64,000 bases of DNA from Polyangiaceae bacterium (GTDB taxonomy: Bacteria; Myxococcota_A; Polyangia; Polyangiales; Polyangiaceae). This document shows, piece after piece, positions 54,195 through 64,000 of this stretch. The stretch lies in the NCBI GenBank assembly GCA_965222375.1, contig CBDCTZ010000015.1:480001-544000 (forward strand), in the 5' to 3' direction. Numbering within the stretch: position 1 is the stretch's first letter; each line of letters opens with the position of its first letter. A program made the position numbers and the translations under genes. The notes beneath the pieces were generated by a model. The model ran no database searches. It saw only the letters and a program-made list of their open reading frames with translations, and had not been told where the DNA came from.

Positions 54195-56429
54195 GTGCGC
54201 ACAGCAAAACTGACCACCTTCGTCCTAGCCGCAGCGGCTTTTTCCAGCGCTTCGGGCGCCGTTTCGGCGGCCCAAGCCGGGGCGAAATCGGCGCCCCCCG
54301 CCGCGAAGCAGGTGGCGCATCAGGTCATTGCAGCCAGTGCCAGCCCCACGGTCGGCACCACCCAATTGGGCCGGGTCTTTTCCCAGGCTGGCCGCAACGT
54401 GTTTCGCTTCGGCCAGAGCTACTCCGGCTATCCGGTTTGGCAACGCGGCGCGAGCGTCACCGTCTCCGACTCGGGCACCCTCGTCGCCCAGCGGACCCAA
54501 TTCGCTCAGCACTTTGGACCGAGCACTCCAAAGCTCACCAAAGCTAGCGCAGCGCAGTTCGCGTCCATCGCCGGCAAGATCTCTTTCTCTGCCGCCGACG
54601 CCACCACGGTGTGGCTACCTCTGAAGACCCAGGCGCGCTTGGTGCACGCATTCTATCGCGGCGTCGTCGACGGCATTCCCTTCGCGCCTTTGGTCGTCGT
54701 GGATGCAGAAACCGGAGCGGTCCTGCTTCGGTTGAATGCGGTGCATTTCGATCGCCTCGCGACGGTGCACGAGAACAACCCGGAAGTGACGCCCGAACCC
54801 AAGCAAGTCATGCTCGAGGCCCTCGACCCCGGTGCAACGAACCTGGAGAACGCCACCTTCTCGGTCCAGAACTGCATCGACAAAGGCGAGCTATCTGGTG
54901 GGCAGTTCAGCATTCGCAAGTGCAGCTTCGAACAGAAGGCGATCGCGGACGCTCAAGGGGATTTCCCGCAGGTGTTCAGCGCTCACGACGAGCTCGAAGA
55001 CGCCTACGCCGAAGTGTCGATGTTCTATCACTTGACCAAGGCTTACGCCTACTTCGAGACGCTGGGCTTGAAGGGGCTCAAGAGCACCCCCGTGTCTGCG
55101 ATCGTCAACGTCCGCATGCCGGCGGGCTACTCCGAAGGCGACTTCCAGAAGATGCAAGACCCGAAGCTTCCCCTGGAACCTCTGGACAACGCCTTCTACT
55201 CGCCCCAACCGCCCTTCGGCCAAAGCGTTGGCCCCAAGGGCGCTAGCCTGTGGTTTGGCCAAGGGCTGGTCACCGACTTCTCCTATGACGGGGACGTCGT
55301 AGCCCACGAGCTTGGCCACGCCGTGGTGGACGCCACCATCGACTTCGTTGGCTACTTCCAGCTCGACAAGTACGGGAGCTGGCCCGCGGCGGGCGCGATG
55401 AACGAGGGGATCAGTGACTATCTTTCCAGCGCCGTTGCTGGGGATCCTCGGGTTGGCGAGTACGCCGCAAAGAGCTTCGTGGGGGCGGGAGCACAGAACA
55501 TCCGCAATCTGAGCAATTCGGATACATGCCCCACCGCGCTTGCGGGAGAGGTGCACGTCGACTCCACCGTATTCTCCGGCGCGTTGTGGACGGTACGCGC
55601 TGGTCTCGAACAGACCGATCAGTTCGTATTCGATCAAGTGATTTTCAACGCGATGGTGTCAGCACCGTCCGGCGACATCGATTTCGTCGATTTCGCCGAT
55701 GTCATCATGGCGGAGCTGAAGCTCTCCGGTTTGGACGCTAGTGTTGCGAAGAACCTCGAAAAGGAGCTCACCGACCGAGGCATTCTGCCCGAATGCGTTC
55801 GGGTGCTCGAGGTGGGCAAAGGCCCCGTAAACGGTCCATCATCCAAGTTCGCGGGTGCCTTCGTGGCGCCGGGCTTCGACTTGGTGCCCCTGCCCCAGGG
55901 AGCGCCCTACGTGCCCGGCGTGATGCAGTTTCGCCGCAAGCTGCCCCTAGGCACAAATCGGCTGAAGGTGCTTTGGTCACATCGGGATTCCCCCTACGAC
56001 TTCGGCGGCAGTGAGTACAACCCGGCTCTCCTGGTGCGCTTCGATGACCAGCCCATCGAATTCAGCTACGGCTCGACAATCGAGAGCAACGCGGAACTGG
56101 TGGAGGTCACCCGCGCCGGTACCTACTACAGCGCGGAGTGGCCCATCGGTAAGTCGATCGAGCATGTCACCGTGATGATCGTGAATCGGGGCGACACAGA
56201 CGGGCTGTACCGAAAATTCTCGCTGGTCGCGACCACCCCCAAACCGCCCCCGCCGCCGGGTAGCGGCGGCTTTGGCGGCTCGCTGCCTCAGGTACCCACC
56301 GGCGGCAACTCGGCAACCGAGGGGCTTTCGCCTGGGGGCGGTTGCATGCTGCAGTCGCGCAGAACCGACGGCAACATGTGGTGGCTGGCCGCAGCGCTGC
56401 TCTTCATGCGTCGCCGGCGACGGCACTGA
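54195..56429 (+). CDS. Thermolysin/fungalysin-like (M4/M36) zinc metallopeptidase with MYXO-CTERM
   Basis: GGAGG RBS; FTP/PepSY-like propeptide; DNAFY, VVAHELGH, GAMNEGISD, GEVH; GGGC...LLFMRRRRR. Confidence 0.9.
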   Translation: MRTAKLTTFVLAAAAFSSASGAVSAAQAGAKSAPPAAKQVAHQVIAASASPTVGTTQLGRVFSQAGRNVFRFGQSYSGYPVWQRGASVTVSDSGTLVAQRTQFAQHFGPSTPKLTKASAAQFASIAGKISFSAADATTVWLPLKTQARLVHAFYRGVVDGIPFAPLVVVDAETGAVLLRLNAVHFDRLATVHENNPEVTPEPKQVMLEALDPGATNLENATFSVQNCIDKGELSGGQFSIRKCSFEQKAIADAQGDFPQVFSAHDELEDAYAEVSMFYHLTKAYAYFETLGLKGLKSTPVSAIVNVRMPAGYSEGDFQKMQDPKLPLEPLDNAFYSPQPPFGQSVGPKGASLWFGQGLVTDFSYDGDVVAHELGHAVVDATIDFVGYFQLDKYGSWPAAGAMNEGISDYLSSAVAGDPRVGEYAAKSFVGAGAQNIRNLSNSDTCPTALAGEVHVDSTVFSGALWTVRAGLEQTDQFVFDQVIFNAMVSAPSGDIDFVDFADVIMAELKLSGLDASVAKNLEKELTDRGILPECVRVLEVGKGPVNGPSSKFAGAFVAPGFDLVPLPQGAPYVPGVMQFRRKLPLGTNRLKVLWSHRDSPYDFGGSEYNPALLVRFDDQPIEFSYGSTIESNAELVEVTRAGTYYSAEWPIGKSIEHVTVMIVNRGDTDGLYRKFSLVATTPKPPPPPGSGGFGGSLPQVPTGGNSATEGLSPGGGCMLQSRRTDGNMWWLAAALLFMRRRRRH

Positions 56430-56589
56430 AGCTCACCAAGAGCGTGCTGAGGACCCGACTTGCTAGGGTTTTGGATGTCAACAGAGCTGCGATGGGGCGG
56501 AGAGGGCAGTCACTTAGGTGCCCCCGCACGCATTCGCCTCAGGTGCGCCAGACCGGTGATCGAAACGGCAAGAACCGCGGCATCGCTCC

Positions 56590-57645
56590 TCAGGGCAGAG
56601 CTGACAAGAAATCGCTGACGCCCTTGATCAGCCCCACCGCGAGAGGAATGCTCGGGTCGGTGTAGGCCGCCTTCTGCTGGAAGTAGTCCCAGGTCGATTG
56701 CTTGAGGGTGTGGGACATGTTGTCCACCATCAGCAGCTGTGCATCAGGTTTGGCAGCGACGAGGGTTTGTGCATGTTCGACGCTGACCTGCCGGTCCGTC
56801 GTGCCTTGCACGACTAGAGCAGGCACTTTCATTTTCGGCAGCTCCGAGGCCGGATCCCACTTCGCCCAAGTGATCATGTAGGGCTGGATTTCGGTAGCCA
56901 GCACTTGGTCGAGGGGAGGTGCCAAGGGCCCGGGCAAGACGCCGGCTTCCAGATCCGCGATGGCCTTGTTCAGCTGGGAGAGTTGGTCCGGTGTCAGCTT
57001 GTCCTTAGTCTGCTCGATGATCAGTTGCCCGACAGGTCGCCCAGCCCCGGCCAGGGATACCAAGCCGTCGATGGGGGTCTGCTGGTGCGCCAGAATGCCG
57101 GTCAGCGAACCCTGGCTGTGCCCCGCAATCACGACCTTCGGGAATCGACCATCTTGACGTAGCAGCTGAACCCAGCGCGCCGCATCGCGGACCTCCAGAT
57201 CGAAAGTGAAATCCTTCAGCGGCGGCGCCGCGCTCACGCTTTGTTTGACGCCGTGATCGTCGAAACGCAACGTCGCAACGCCGGCAGCCGTGCGTAGCCC
57301 TTCGGCCAACGCTTTGTACATATCGGTCGTAGCGCCGTACGCATTACCATCCCGGTCCTGGCTTCCCGACCCCGACAGGAAGACCACAACGGTATCCGCG
57401 CAGCTATCCGGGATCTCCAAAACGCCCCCAAGGGAGCCCAGGTCGTTTTGCACGCTGATGGATTCAACACCGGGGTCGGGGCAGACGAGCTGGCCGCCTG
57501 CGCCGCCAGACGACGTCGCGCCAGCTGCACCGGCCATGCCTGCGGCTCCAGCGGCTCCACCGCCACCGCCACCCGCGCTTTGGGATTCACTGCCGCAGGC
57601 CAGGACGAATAGACAAAGTGAGAGGAACAGCGCCAAGCGAGTCAT
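56590..57645 (-). CDS. Alpha/beta hydrolase lipoprotein
   Basis: Lipobox VLAC; GSGSQDRDGN; GHSQG nucleophile; VQGTTDRQV; MSH. Confidence 0.92.
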   Translation of the reverse strand: MTRLALFLSLCLFVLACGSESQSAGGGGGGAAGAAGMAGAAGATSSGGAGGQLVCPDPGVESISVQNDLGSLGGVLEIPDSCADTVVVFLSGSGSQDRDGNAYGATTDMYKALAEGLRTAAGVATLRFDDHGVKQSVSAAPPLKDFTFDLEVRDAARWVQLLRQDGRFPKVVIAGHSQGSLTGILAHQQTPIDGLVSLAGAGRPVGQLIIEQTKDKLTPDQLSQLNKAIADLEAGVLPGPLAPPLDQVLATEIQPYMITWAKWDPASELPKMKVPALVVQGTTDRQVSVEHAQTLVAAKPDAQLLMVDNMSHTLKQSTWDYFQQKAAYTDPSIPLAVGLIKGVSDFLSALP

Positions 57646-57696
57646 ACCGCGGATTTAGCGACTAACAGCTGCAGTCGCCATTGATACGATGGGACA

Positions 57697-58608
57697 GTGC
57701 CGGCCCCAGGCACCGTCGAGATGCTCCTATCCCACCGCGTCCATCACCCGCCGCTGGCGGGCGCAAGTCTGGAGTTGCACCGCGCAATTGCTCCAGACCT
57801 GGTCATGCGAGGCGTGGCATTAGAGCGGCTGACCCAAGACGAACGGCTCAACATCGCACCCGTGCGCGGTGACCGCGCTCGCATCATTTTCGTCCTGCAA
57901 GGAGAGCTGTTCGCGTTTCGAGGGGAGCAGCTCCACCGGGTTCGGCCGGGCGAAGCGTTGTTCGTGCCGCGGTTGGGGGACATTCGAACTCGCGGCAGCT
58001 CGACTTCGGCACTCGAGCTGGACATGGACAGCAGTGAGTCACGCTCACCCCTCCAACTATTCCATCTCAGTGACGACTCCAACGCGGCGGTTCAGGCGCT
58101 GTACGTGGCGCTGAGCGAGGCCAGCAAGAACAGCCGCGACGCGGTCAGACAAGCCGCCCTGCGCGCCCTGGACGGGTTCGCGAGCGACGGGATCCCACTT
58201 TCACCCGAATGCGCGAATTCTCTCCACGTGGAGCCCACGGAGGACGAACAGAAGCTCTGGGCGGCGCTGGACCAAAGCTTGGAGCGTTTGGATCGCCATC
58301 CGGACTTGACCGATCTCGAAGCGCTCACGGGCTGGACCCGGCGCACCCTGAACCGACGCATTACCGCTCTGTCCGCGAAGTATCGCATGTACATCGGCGC
58401 CGAAGACTGGCGGACCCAGCGAGATTTCTACCGCCAGATCGTGGCGGTAGTGCTGCTGTCCCACCCGGATGCCTCACCGCAAGTGGTGAGCGAGCTAGTT
58501 GGCTACCGTTCGGTTGCCGCGTTGTGCCACGCGTTCCAACGCGCGGGGCTGCCGGCGCCAAGTCAGGTATTTGGTCTACTCCGCCAACTGGAGCCTCCGG
58601 CTTCGTAG
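57697..58608 (+). CDS. AraC-like transcriptional regulator
   Basis: Cupin-like N-terminus; LTDLEALTGWTRRTLNR and VSELVGYRSVAALCHAF HTHs; divergent from the hydrolase gene. Confidence 0.75.
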   Translation: MPAPGTVEMLLSHRVHHPPLAGASLELHRAIAPDLVMRGVALERLTQDERLNIAPVRGDRARIIFVLQGELFAFRGEQLHRVRPGEALFVPRLGDIRTRGSSTSALELDMDSSESRSPLQLFHLSDDSNAAVQALYVALSEASKNSRDAVRQAALRALDGFASDGIPLSPECANSLHVEPTEDEQKLWAALDQSLERLDRHPDLTDLEALTGWTRRTLNRRITALSAKYRMYIGAEDWRTQRDFYRQIVAVVLLSHPDASPQVVSELVGYRSVAALCHAFQRAGLPAPSQVFGLLRQLEPPAS

Positions 58609-58786
58609 AAGGCGAGCGCATCGTCGAACCCTTTGATGGCGTGGCTCGAGCAGGCAGCCGAGACGAGAACTCAGCGTGCCAGTCCGGGCTCCGACATGTG
58701 CGGATTCGGCACGGAGGTCAGGATGTGGTCGCTAGGGACATCAACATGCCACCGCATGCTGGCGGGCTCTGGGAGCTCCGTGCTTT

Positions 58787-60805
58787 TCAGTCTCGCTCGA
58801 TGGCACCCATCGACGCCAAACCCTTCTTGCGAACGGTTCCGAAGGCGTCGTAGGGCACTTGTTTGAGGTCGGCGCCGGCATTCTTGACCGGTGAGTTTGA
58901 TGAGAGGTCGAATTCGCTCAGGTTGGTCTTGGCGAATAGCGGATCAGCTGACGTGTTCCCCATGCCGGTTGGTGCCTGGCCATTGCTGGCCCAAAAGTCG
59001 AAATAGTTGTTGTGGGTGGGTTGCTCGTCGACAGTCTGCTGCTGAAAGCTGTGCGTGCCGATCAAGCTGAACAGGTTGTTTGTGATGACGAGGGATTGAC
59101 AATTCGTGGCCGGGCTCCGGTTGAACAGTTGCTTGGCGCCCACGATGGTATTGTTGAGAATGTAGTTGTTCTTCATCTCGACTTTGTTGGTGCTCGAAGT
59201 ACCGAGGCGGACCACGGCTCCCGCTGTGTTATGAAAGATGCAGTTACTGACGACGTTCCCTTCCATCAACTGTCCGTAACCGCCGTCCTCGGTGGTGTCC
59301 AAGAAGGTGATGAAGCCGTAGTAGGCACTTTCTTGGTCCCTCGACTGGCAAGCGTCGACGTGATTGAAACTTGCGCCGTCGCGAAAGACAACGCCTCCGC
59401 TAGTGCTTCCGCCGCTCTTTCCGTCCATGCGGACGTTTCGAGCGAGGTTGTGGCGAACGTTGCTGTGCCGAAATTCGATGGCACCGTTCACGTTCTTGAT
59501 CGTGCAGTCGTCGATGAGGGAGTTCTCAACGGGGAACGCAGCGCTGTCGGCCTTGAAAGTGAATCCATGCCCTCCGTGACCAGGTTTTGGGGCTTTCTCG
59601 GCGTGAAGTTTGCGCCACACCATCTCGCGTCCAAAGTAGGTCACAAACATGTAGTCAGTGTCCCACTCAATGCTCTGTGAATTGTTCGAGTAACTGCGAC
59701 TGTTGTAGATGAAAGCGTGGTCTCCATCGATCCAATAGTTGGTTGTCGAAGCGTTGGCCACGTAGCTGTTAATCACTTGAATCTGGCGAACGGTTGTGGC
59801 GCTGGTGCTGTTCTTGCTGAGCGTAATGAGAAAGCCAGCGCCGCCCACTTTTTCGGTTCCGAGGTCGGCCAGCGCGACGTTGTCGAAAACCAGGCGGTGG
59901 GCCCCCGCCGAATAGACAGCTCGGATCCCCCACTTGAAGTTCTTGGCTTGGATGCTCTTGACGACCACATCGTGCTTGCCGTTCGTCAGGTCGAGAAAGG
60001 TCCCCTTTGCGCGGTCCCCTCCGTCAAAGAGTGGCATGTTCGCTTCGCTCAAATCAGCAAAGGCAGCCGGGTGGAAACCATCGTGGTCCAGGTCTCCCGC
60101 TTCATCGCGGTAGCCTTGGTAGATGATAGGGTTGCCGGGCGTGCCCGACGGAGGCTGGGGCAGGGGGCCGCTGTACGCCCCGCGACGAAAGTTGACGCGG
60201 TCGCCGGGCTTAATCGAGGCGGACGAGAGCTGACTCGCGGAAAACGGCTTCTCGAGGGAACCGTCGCCAGAGCCTGTAGCACTTGCCGTCACGTACAAGT
60301 TCTTTCCAGCACCGCTGGCACCGCCGATGAAGGGCATGGTGTTGATGACGAGTTCCTTCTTGAACCAGCGGACTCCTTGGAGATCGCCTGCCGCTTCATC
60401 GTAAGTCACAGTGACAACCTCACCGTAGACGATCTTGTCGGAAACAGTGCCTTCCAGGATCGGCGTTCCGAAGCCGGCGACACTCACAAAGGAATTTGAT
60501 CGGGTGCCGTGAATGGCGAACCCCTTGTTAGTTCCTTTCACGGGACCGTTGAATACGAGAGCAATGGTGGTTGGACTTAGGGTCTTGGCCGAGAGCAGTT
60601 GGACATGGGCGGCGTTCTGTCCCTGACCTCCGGCCTGACCGCCAACGCCGGCAGTTCCGCCGCCGCCGTCGCCGCTAGAACCTGCCAAGCCAGCACCACC
60701 GCCGATCCCCGCGGTGCCTCCGTTGGTTGATGATGCGGGCTCTTCAGCGTCTTGTCCGCAACCGACCGAAACCAAACTGGCCACGATGATTCCCCAACGC
60801 CACAT
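58787..60805 (-). CDS. Right-handed parallel beta-helix lipoprotein
   Basis: Lipobox SVGC, Gly tether, Ig/SwmB-like domain, LYVTASATGSGDGS, Asn-ladder repeats, ADPLF...MGAIE end. Confidence 0.85.
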   Translation of the reverse strand: MWRWGIIVASLVSVGCGQDAEEPASSTNGGTAGIGGGAGLAGSSGDGGGGTAGVGGQAGGQGQNAAHVQLLSAKTLSPTTIALVFNGPVKGTNKGFAIHGTRSNSFVSVAGFGTPILEGTVSDKIVYGEVVTVTYDEAAGDLQGVRWFKKELVINTMPFIGGASGAGKNLYVTASATGSGDGSLEKPFSASQLSSASIKPGDRVNFRRGAYSGPLPQPPSGTPGNPIIYQGYRDEAGDLDHDGFHPAAFADLSEANMPLFDGGDRAKGTFLDLTNGKHDVVVKSIQAKNFKWGIRAVYSAGAHRLVFDNVALADLGTEKVGGAGFLITLSKNSTSATTVRQIQVINSYVANASTTNYWIDGDHAFIYNSRSYSNNSQSIEWDTDYMFVTYFGREMVWRKLHAEKAPKPGHGGHGFTFKADSAAFPVENSLIDDCTIKNVNGAIEFRHSNVRHNLARNVRMDGKSGGSTSGGVVFRDGASFNHVDACQSRDQESAYYGFITFLDTTEDGGYGQLMEGNVVSNCIFHNTAGAVVRLGTSSTNKVEMKNNYILNNTIVGAKQLFNRSPATNCQSLVITNNLFSLIGTHSFQQQTVDEQPTHNNYFDFWASNGQAPTGMGNTSADPLFAKTNLSEFDLSSNSPVKNAGADLKQVPYDAFGTVRKKGLASMGAIERD

Positions 60806-61053
60806 GCTTTGATGCTAGCCCGGCCCAACACCTAGGCAAGTTACGAATCGGGCAGCGCCCGATTCGTACACCCGAACACGACGGCACGTCTGCGAATAAC
60901 TTCGTTGCCGTGCAATTCCACGCTCCGCGGCAATGTACACGGACCGCGACCCACCCGCTGCGCTCGAGTTGGTCGGGTTGGAGGCAGGAGCCAGGTGCTG
61001 CCCGCGCACGCCCCTACTTGAAGCACACCAATCCATCCCCTATCGTTTGAATC

Positions 61054-63114
61054 ATGGCTCGTCGGATTTCAGCGCGGAGCGCTGTGGTTCTTCTGGGGGT
61101 GACCGTTGGTTTCGTTGCTTGCGGAGACGAGGCCGCCAGCGACGGGAAGCATGGCGTAGATGCATCTGTTGATGGCTCACACTCGGACGCTTCAAGAGAT
61201 GCCTTCAGTGATACCGGGACCGACGGCAGCGTTGACAGTGGTGTTGATAGTTTCATTCCGCCGGTGAGCGAAGTGCCTCTCCTGCACAGCTTCCGCATCC
61301 AGCCGGGCGAGCTGACGCGGGTCTACTTTGACAGTTCGGTGAGCCTTGGCGGGTCTTCCGTTGTGGGCTTCAAGATCGCTGGACACAAGCTAACGGCTCT
61401 TTCCGTAGCCCCAGCAAAGACCACGGGACACTACTTCACCGTGACGCCGGCGTTCGACTACTGGTCCAACAACGCCATCGAGTATGTCGGTGGCGGAGAC
61501 GTCCAGAGCAGCAGCGGCGAGGAGCTCCCGCCCTTTACTTTGAGCTACATCGAAAACCAACTCACCATCAAGGAAGGCACGGCCAAAGTCATCTATGTAA
61601 ACGCGGCGGTTTCGAAGTCGGGAGACGGTTCGTCCGAAGCCAAAGCCTTCAAGACCTTGAACGAGGGTCTTGTGGCGCTTCCAAGTGGAGGTGGCGGGAA
61701 GATTTGGGTGAAAGTAGGCACGTATTCCGAGGGCGAGCTGAGTGGTGGGGGCTCCGGAAAGACCGACAATCCTCAAGTCATTGAGGGCTACAAGTCGACG
61801 CCCGGCGACATCACTACGCTCTACTACAAGTATGATGTGGCGAAAAAGGACAAGCCCTTGAGTCCATCAGAGATGCCGCTCTTTGTTGGGCCTGGTCGCG
61901 ACAACGGCGTCTTCTACGACCTCGGGGGCGACAGCTATCGGATCTTTCGCAACATTCAAGTCACCGAGTATCGACGAGGTATTCGCTCTGCGACGGTGAA
62001 GGGCTTCGTCGGCGAACGCTTGCTATTCAAAGACATCGGTTCCCTTACGGTGGCCAACGGTTTGGCTTTGCTATTCCAGAGTGCGACGACGGACTCTCAG
62101 GGAATTCGGCTCAGGGATTCTACAGTGGTCAATGCGTCGGGTTTGGGCATGTTCATGGCCGGGCAGCATGGGCTCATCGACAATTGTCGCGTCTATTGCA
62201 ACCAGGCCCCTGGGGGCAAGTCCGACGTCAAGGCGACCACCGATTACTACTTCAATGTCCGGGGAAGCGACAACGTTATTCGACGCTCTTTGGCCTATAA
62301 GGACACTCCCAACGGCGACGGACACTTGGGTCATGGTTTTGCTCTGAAAGGGAACGACCACCCCACCGAACGCAATCTTCTTGAGAAGAACACATCGGTT
62401 GGGATCTACGGGGCGTTCGAATTTCGTCACCCCAAGGTTCAATACAACGTGCTCAAAGACAGCGTGTCCCACGCAGATATTCCCAACCGCCGACCCAGCA
62501 AACAGGGCACCGCAGGGATCAACTTCTTACAGGGTGCAGCCAACAACCTTAGCGAACGCGTTTTCATTCATCACGTCGATGCCGGCATCCTTTTTGGAGA
62601 CAACGCCGAGGATAGTACTCATGTTTCCGGCGCCAATAACGTTGTTCGCAATACCATCATCAGCGATGTGCGTGAGGTTGTTGTTAGTGGCAATGTGAGC
62701 GGTGCCGCCACGAACCCGAGCAAGAACCGCTTCGAGTATATGACCGTGCACCGTGCGGACTACTTGTTCCGGGTTGTGCCCAGCCAGCCCGTGAACTTCA
62801 AAGACAACATCTGGGCAAACACTATCTTCAGTGAGATCAAGCAGCGCGACGATCCTGACAACCCCGCCGCCGTCAGTGGCTGGGCCTTCGAAAGCTCTTT
62901 GTTCCACAACACTGGGTTCACAGCGTCCGGAAGTGGGACAGTGAGCGGGGATCCCTTATTTGTCGACTCGGCGAAGAGCGATTTTCGTCTCAAGGTGGGT
63001 AGCCCCGCCATCGACACCGGCAAGCTTGTTGGTGGCGTGTGGCGTGACTACGCGCTGTTTCCGCGGCCTCAGGGGAACGGGCCCGACATCGGAGCTTTCG
63101 AAACACAACCGTAG
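61054..63114 (+). CDS. Right-handed parallel beta-helix lipoprotein, paralog of 58787-60805
   Basis: Lipobox FVAC; IYVNAA..SGDGSS; beta-helix; GDPLFVD..DFRLKVGSPAIDTG...PDIGAFE end. Confidence 0.87.
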   Translation: MARRISARSAVVLLGVTVGFVACGDEAASDGKHGVDASVDGSHSDASRDAFSDTGTDGSVDSGVDSFIPPVSEVPLLHSFRIQPGELTRVYFDSSVSLGGSSVVGFKIAGHKLTALSVAPAKTTGHYFTVTPAFDYWSNNAIEYVGGGDVQSSSGEELPPFTLSYIENQLTIKEGTAKVIYVNAAVSKSGDGSSEAKAFKTLNEGLVALPSGGGGKIWVKVGTYSEGELSGGGSGKTDNPQVIEGYKSTPGDITTLYYKYDVAKKDKPLSPSEMPLFVGPGRDNGVFYDLGGDSYRIFRNIQVTEYRRGIRSATVKGFVGERLLFKDIGSLTVANGLALLFQSATTDSQGIRLRDSTVVNASGLGMFMAGQHGLIDNCRVYCNQAPGGKSDVKATTDYYFNVRGSDNVIRRSLAYKDTPNGDGHLGHGFALKGNDHPTERNLLEKNTSVGIYGAFEFRHPKVQYNVLKDSVSHADIPNRRPSKQGTAGINFLQGAANNLSERVFIHHVDAGILFGDNAEDSTHVSGANNVVRNTIISDVREVVVSGNVSGAATNPSKNRFEYMTVHRADYLFRVVPSQPVNFKDNIWANTIFSEIKQRDDPDNPAAVSGWAFESSLFHNTGFTASGSGTVSGDPLFVDSAKSDFRLKVGSPAIDTGKLVGGVWRDYALFPRPQGNGPDIGAFETQP

Positions 63115-63375
63115 CTTTTGGCGCCACGAAGTAATGGCGTCACGCTGCAGGAACTCAGACGCGGCTAGCGACACCGGAAACACGGCTGGCTCTCTAGGAA
63201 CCCCGCCGAAGCTTGCGTTGCCAGCGGTGTGAGCGCTGAGGCGCGGCAACCCGACGAATCGCTATCGGGCACCGCCCGATTCAAGAGCCGACCCAGAATC
63301 CCTGCGCGTGATAGGGACACCGACACGCCCTGAGCGCAACCTGCACTCGGCACCCCACAGCGAGGAGGCCCGACG

Positions 63376-63516
63376 GATGGCGAGCTCCAGCGGATCGCCC
63401 ACAGTGACGGCTCCGTCAAACAGATCCCCATGCCCACGGCGGTTCACGATGTGGCTCTCACCAGCGCCTACGTGGTGGTCGGTACGCACGATTCCGTCCT
63501 TCGGCTTAAGAAGTAG
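63376..63516 (+). pseudogene. Possible C-terminal remnant of a beta-propeller gene
   Basis: DGELQRIAHSDGSVKQIPMPTAVHDVALTSAYVVVGTHDSVLRLKK-stop, with an in-frame stop shortly upstream and no start codon ahead of it. Confidence 0.35.
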
Positions 63517-63723
63517 CCGGATTACACGAAGCTGCTGAGGTAGGAGATTTCTTCCTGGGACTTCTCGTTGCCCGGTCGAGGCGCGTTGGAACTCCCTCCT
63601 GCCAAGTCCATCAGATCCCAGGATAGCCGAGTCGAATCGTCGATAGCCTGCGCAAAGTGGACGTCGGGTTGATTGGCGATTGACTGAATGTGCGGCGGCG
63701 ACGCCGCATCGGAGGTGCGCACG

Positions 63724-64000
63724 ATGCTACAGCTGCAGATTTTGGGTCGCTTGGTCTTGGTGGGTTCGATCGGCGTTGGGTTGGCCATCTCAGGCTGCTC
63801 ATCGAGCGCTTCTGGTGGTAGTAGCGGAGCTACCGGGGGGAGCGGCGCTGGCGCAGGTAGCGGGGCGTTCGCGGGAAGTGGCGCGTCGGCTGGAAGCGGA
63901 GGCGCTGGCGCCACTGGCGGAAGCACCGCCACTGGCGGGAGCGCCGGCACTGGCGCGACCGCCGGAACCGGTGGCAGCGGCGGCCCGGAGATCTGCAACA
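63724..64000 (+). CDS. Gly-tethered lipoprotein, 3'-truncated by the window edge
   Basis: GGAGG RBS at 63711; MLQLQILGRLVLVGSIGVGLAISGC lipobox; Gly/Ser/Ala tether. Confidence 0.8.
   Translation, partial: MLQLQILGRLVLVGSIGVGLAISGCSSSASGGSSGATGGSGAGAGSGAFAGSGASAGSGGAGATGGSTATGGSAGTGATAGTGGSGGPEICN

Overview
High-GC bacterial DNA that reads as Myxococcota, probably Polyangiaceae/Sorangiineae-like. This is inferred from two MYXO-CTERM proteins, an AgmX/GltG-type TonB-C protein, a TraB-like OmpA protein and many Gly-tethered, Cys-rich lipoproteins. About 60 plausible genes are present. The housekeeping core is a zwf-pgl-gnd operon, an ABC-2 exporter, an AI-2E transporter, TetR/AraC/ECF/RHH regulators and assorted hydrolases. 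Most of the rest encodes exported surface proteins, interspersed with several gene remnants. No rRNA, tRNA, CRISPR array, transposase or integrase was seen. The most unusual items are: (1) a B12-dependent radical SAM enzyme fused through an internal lipoprotein-signal-like segment to an exported-type Cys-containing domain; (2) a tiny Gly-tether lipoprotein ending in W-x4-W-x4-W, coupled to a secreted protein with a phage tail-fibre-like N-terminus; (3) an atypical traAB-like pair; (4) an OM-barrel/ECF sigma/anti-sigma/Cys-repeat lipoprotein cassette; (5) a divergent pair of paralogous beta-helix lipoproteins sharing a His-rich motif; (6) an RHH/Zn-finger gene with a doubled palindrome over its start codon; (7) a PR-1-like CAP protein retaining a CAPE-type C-terminal peptide. 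All family calls come from motif recognition by eye; no database search was run, and many start codons are best guesses.
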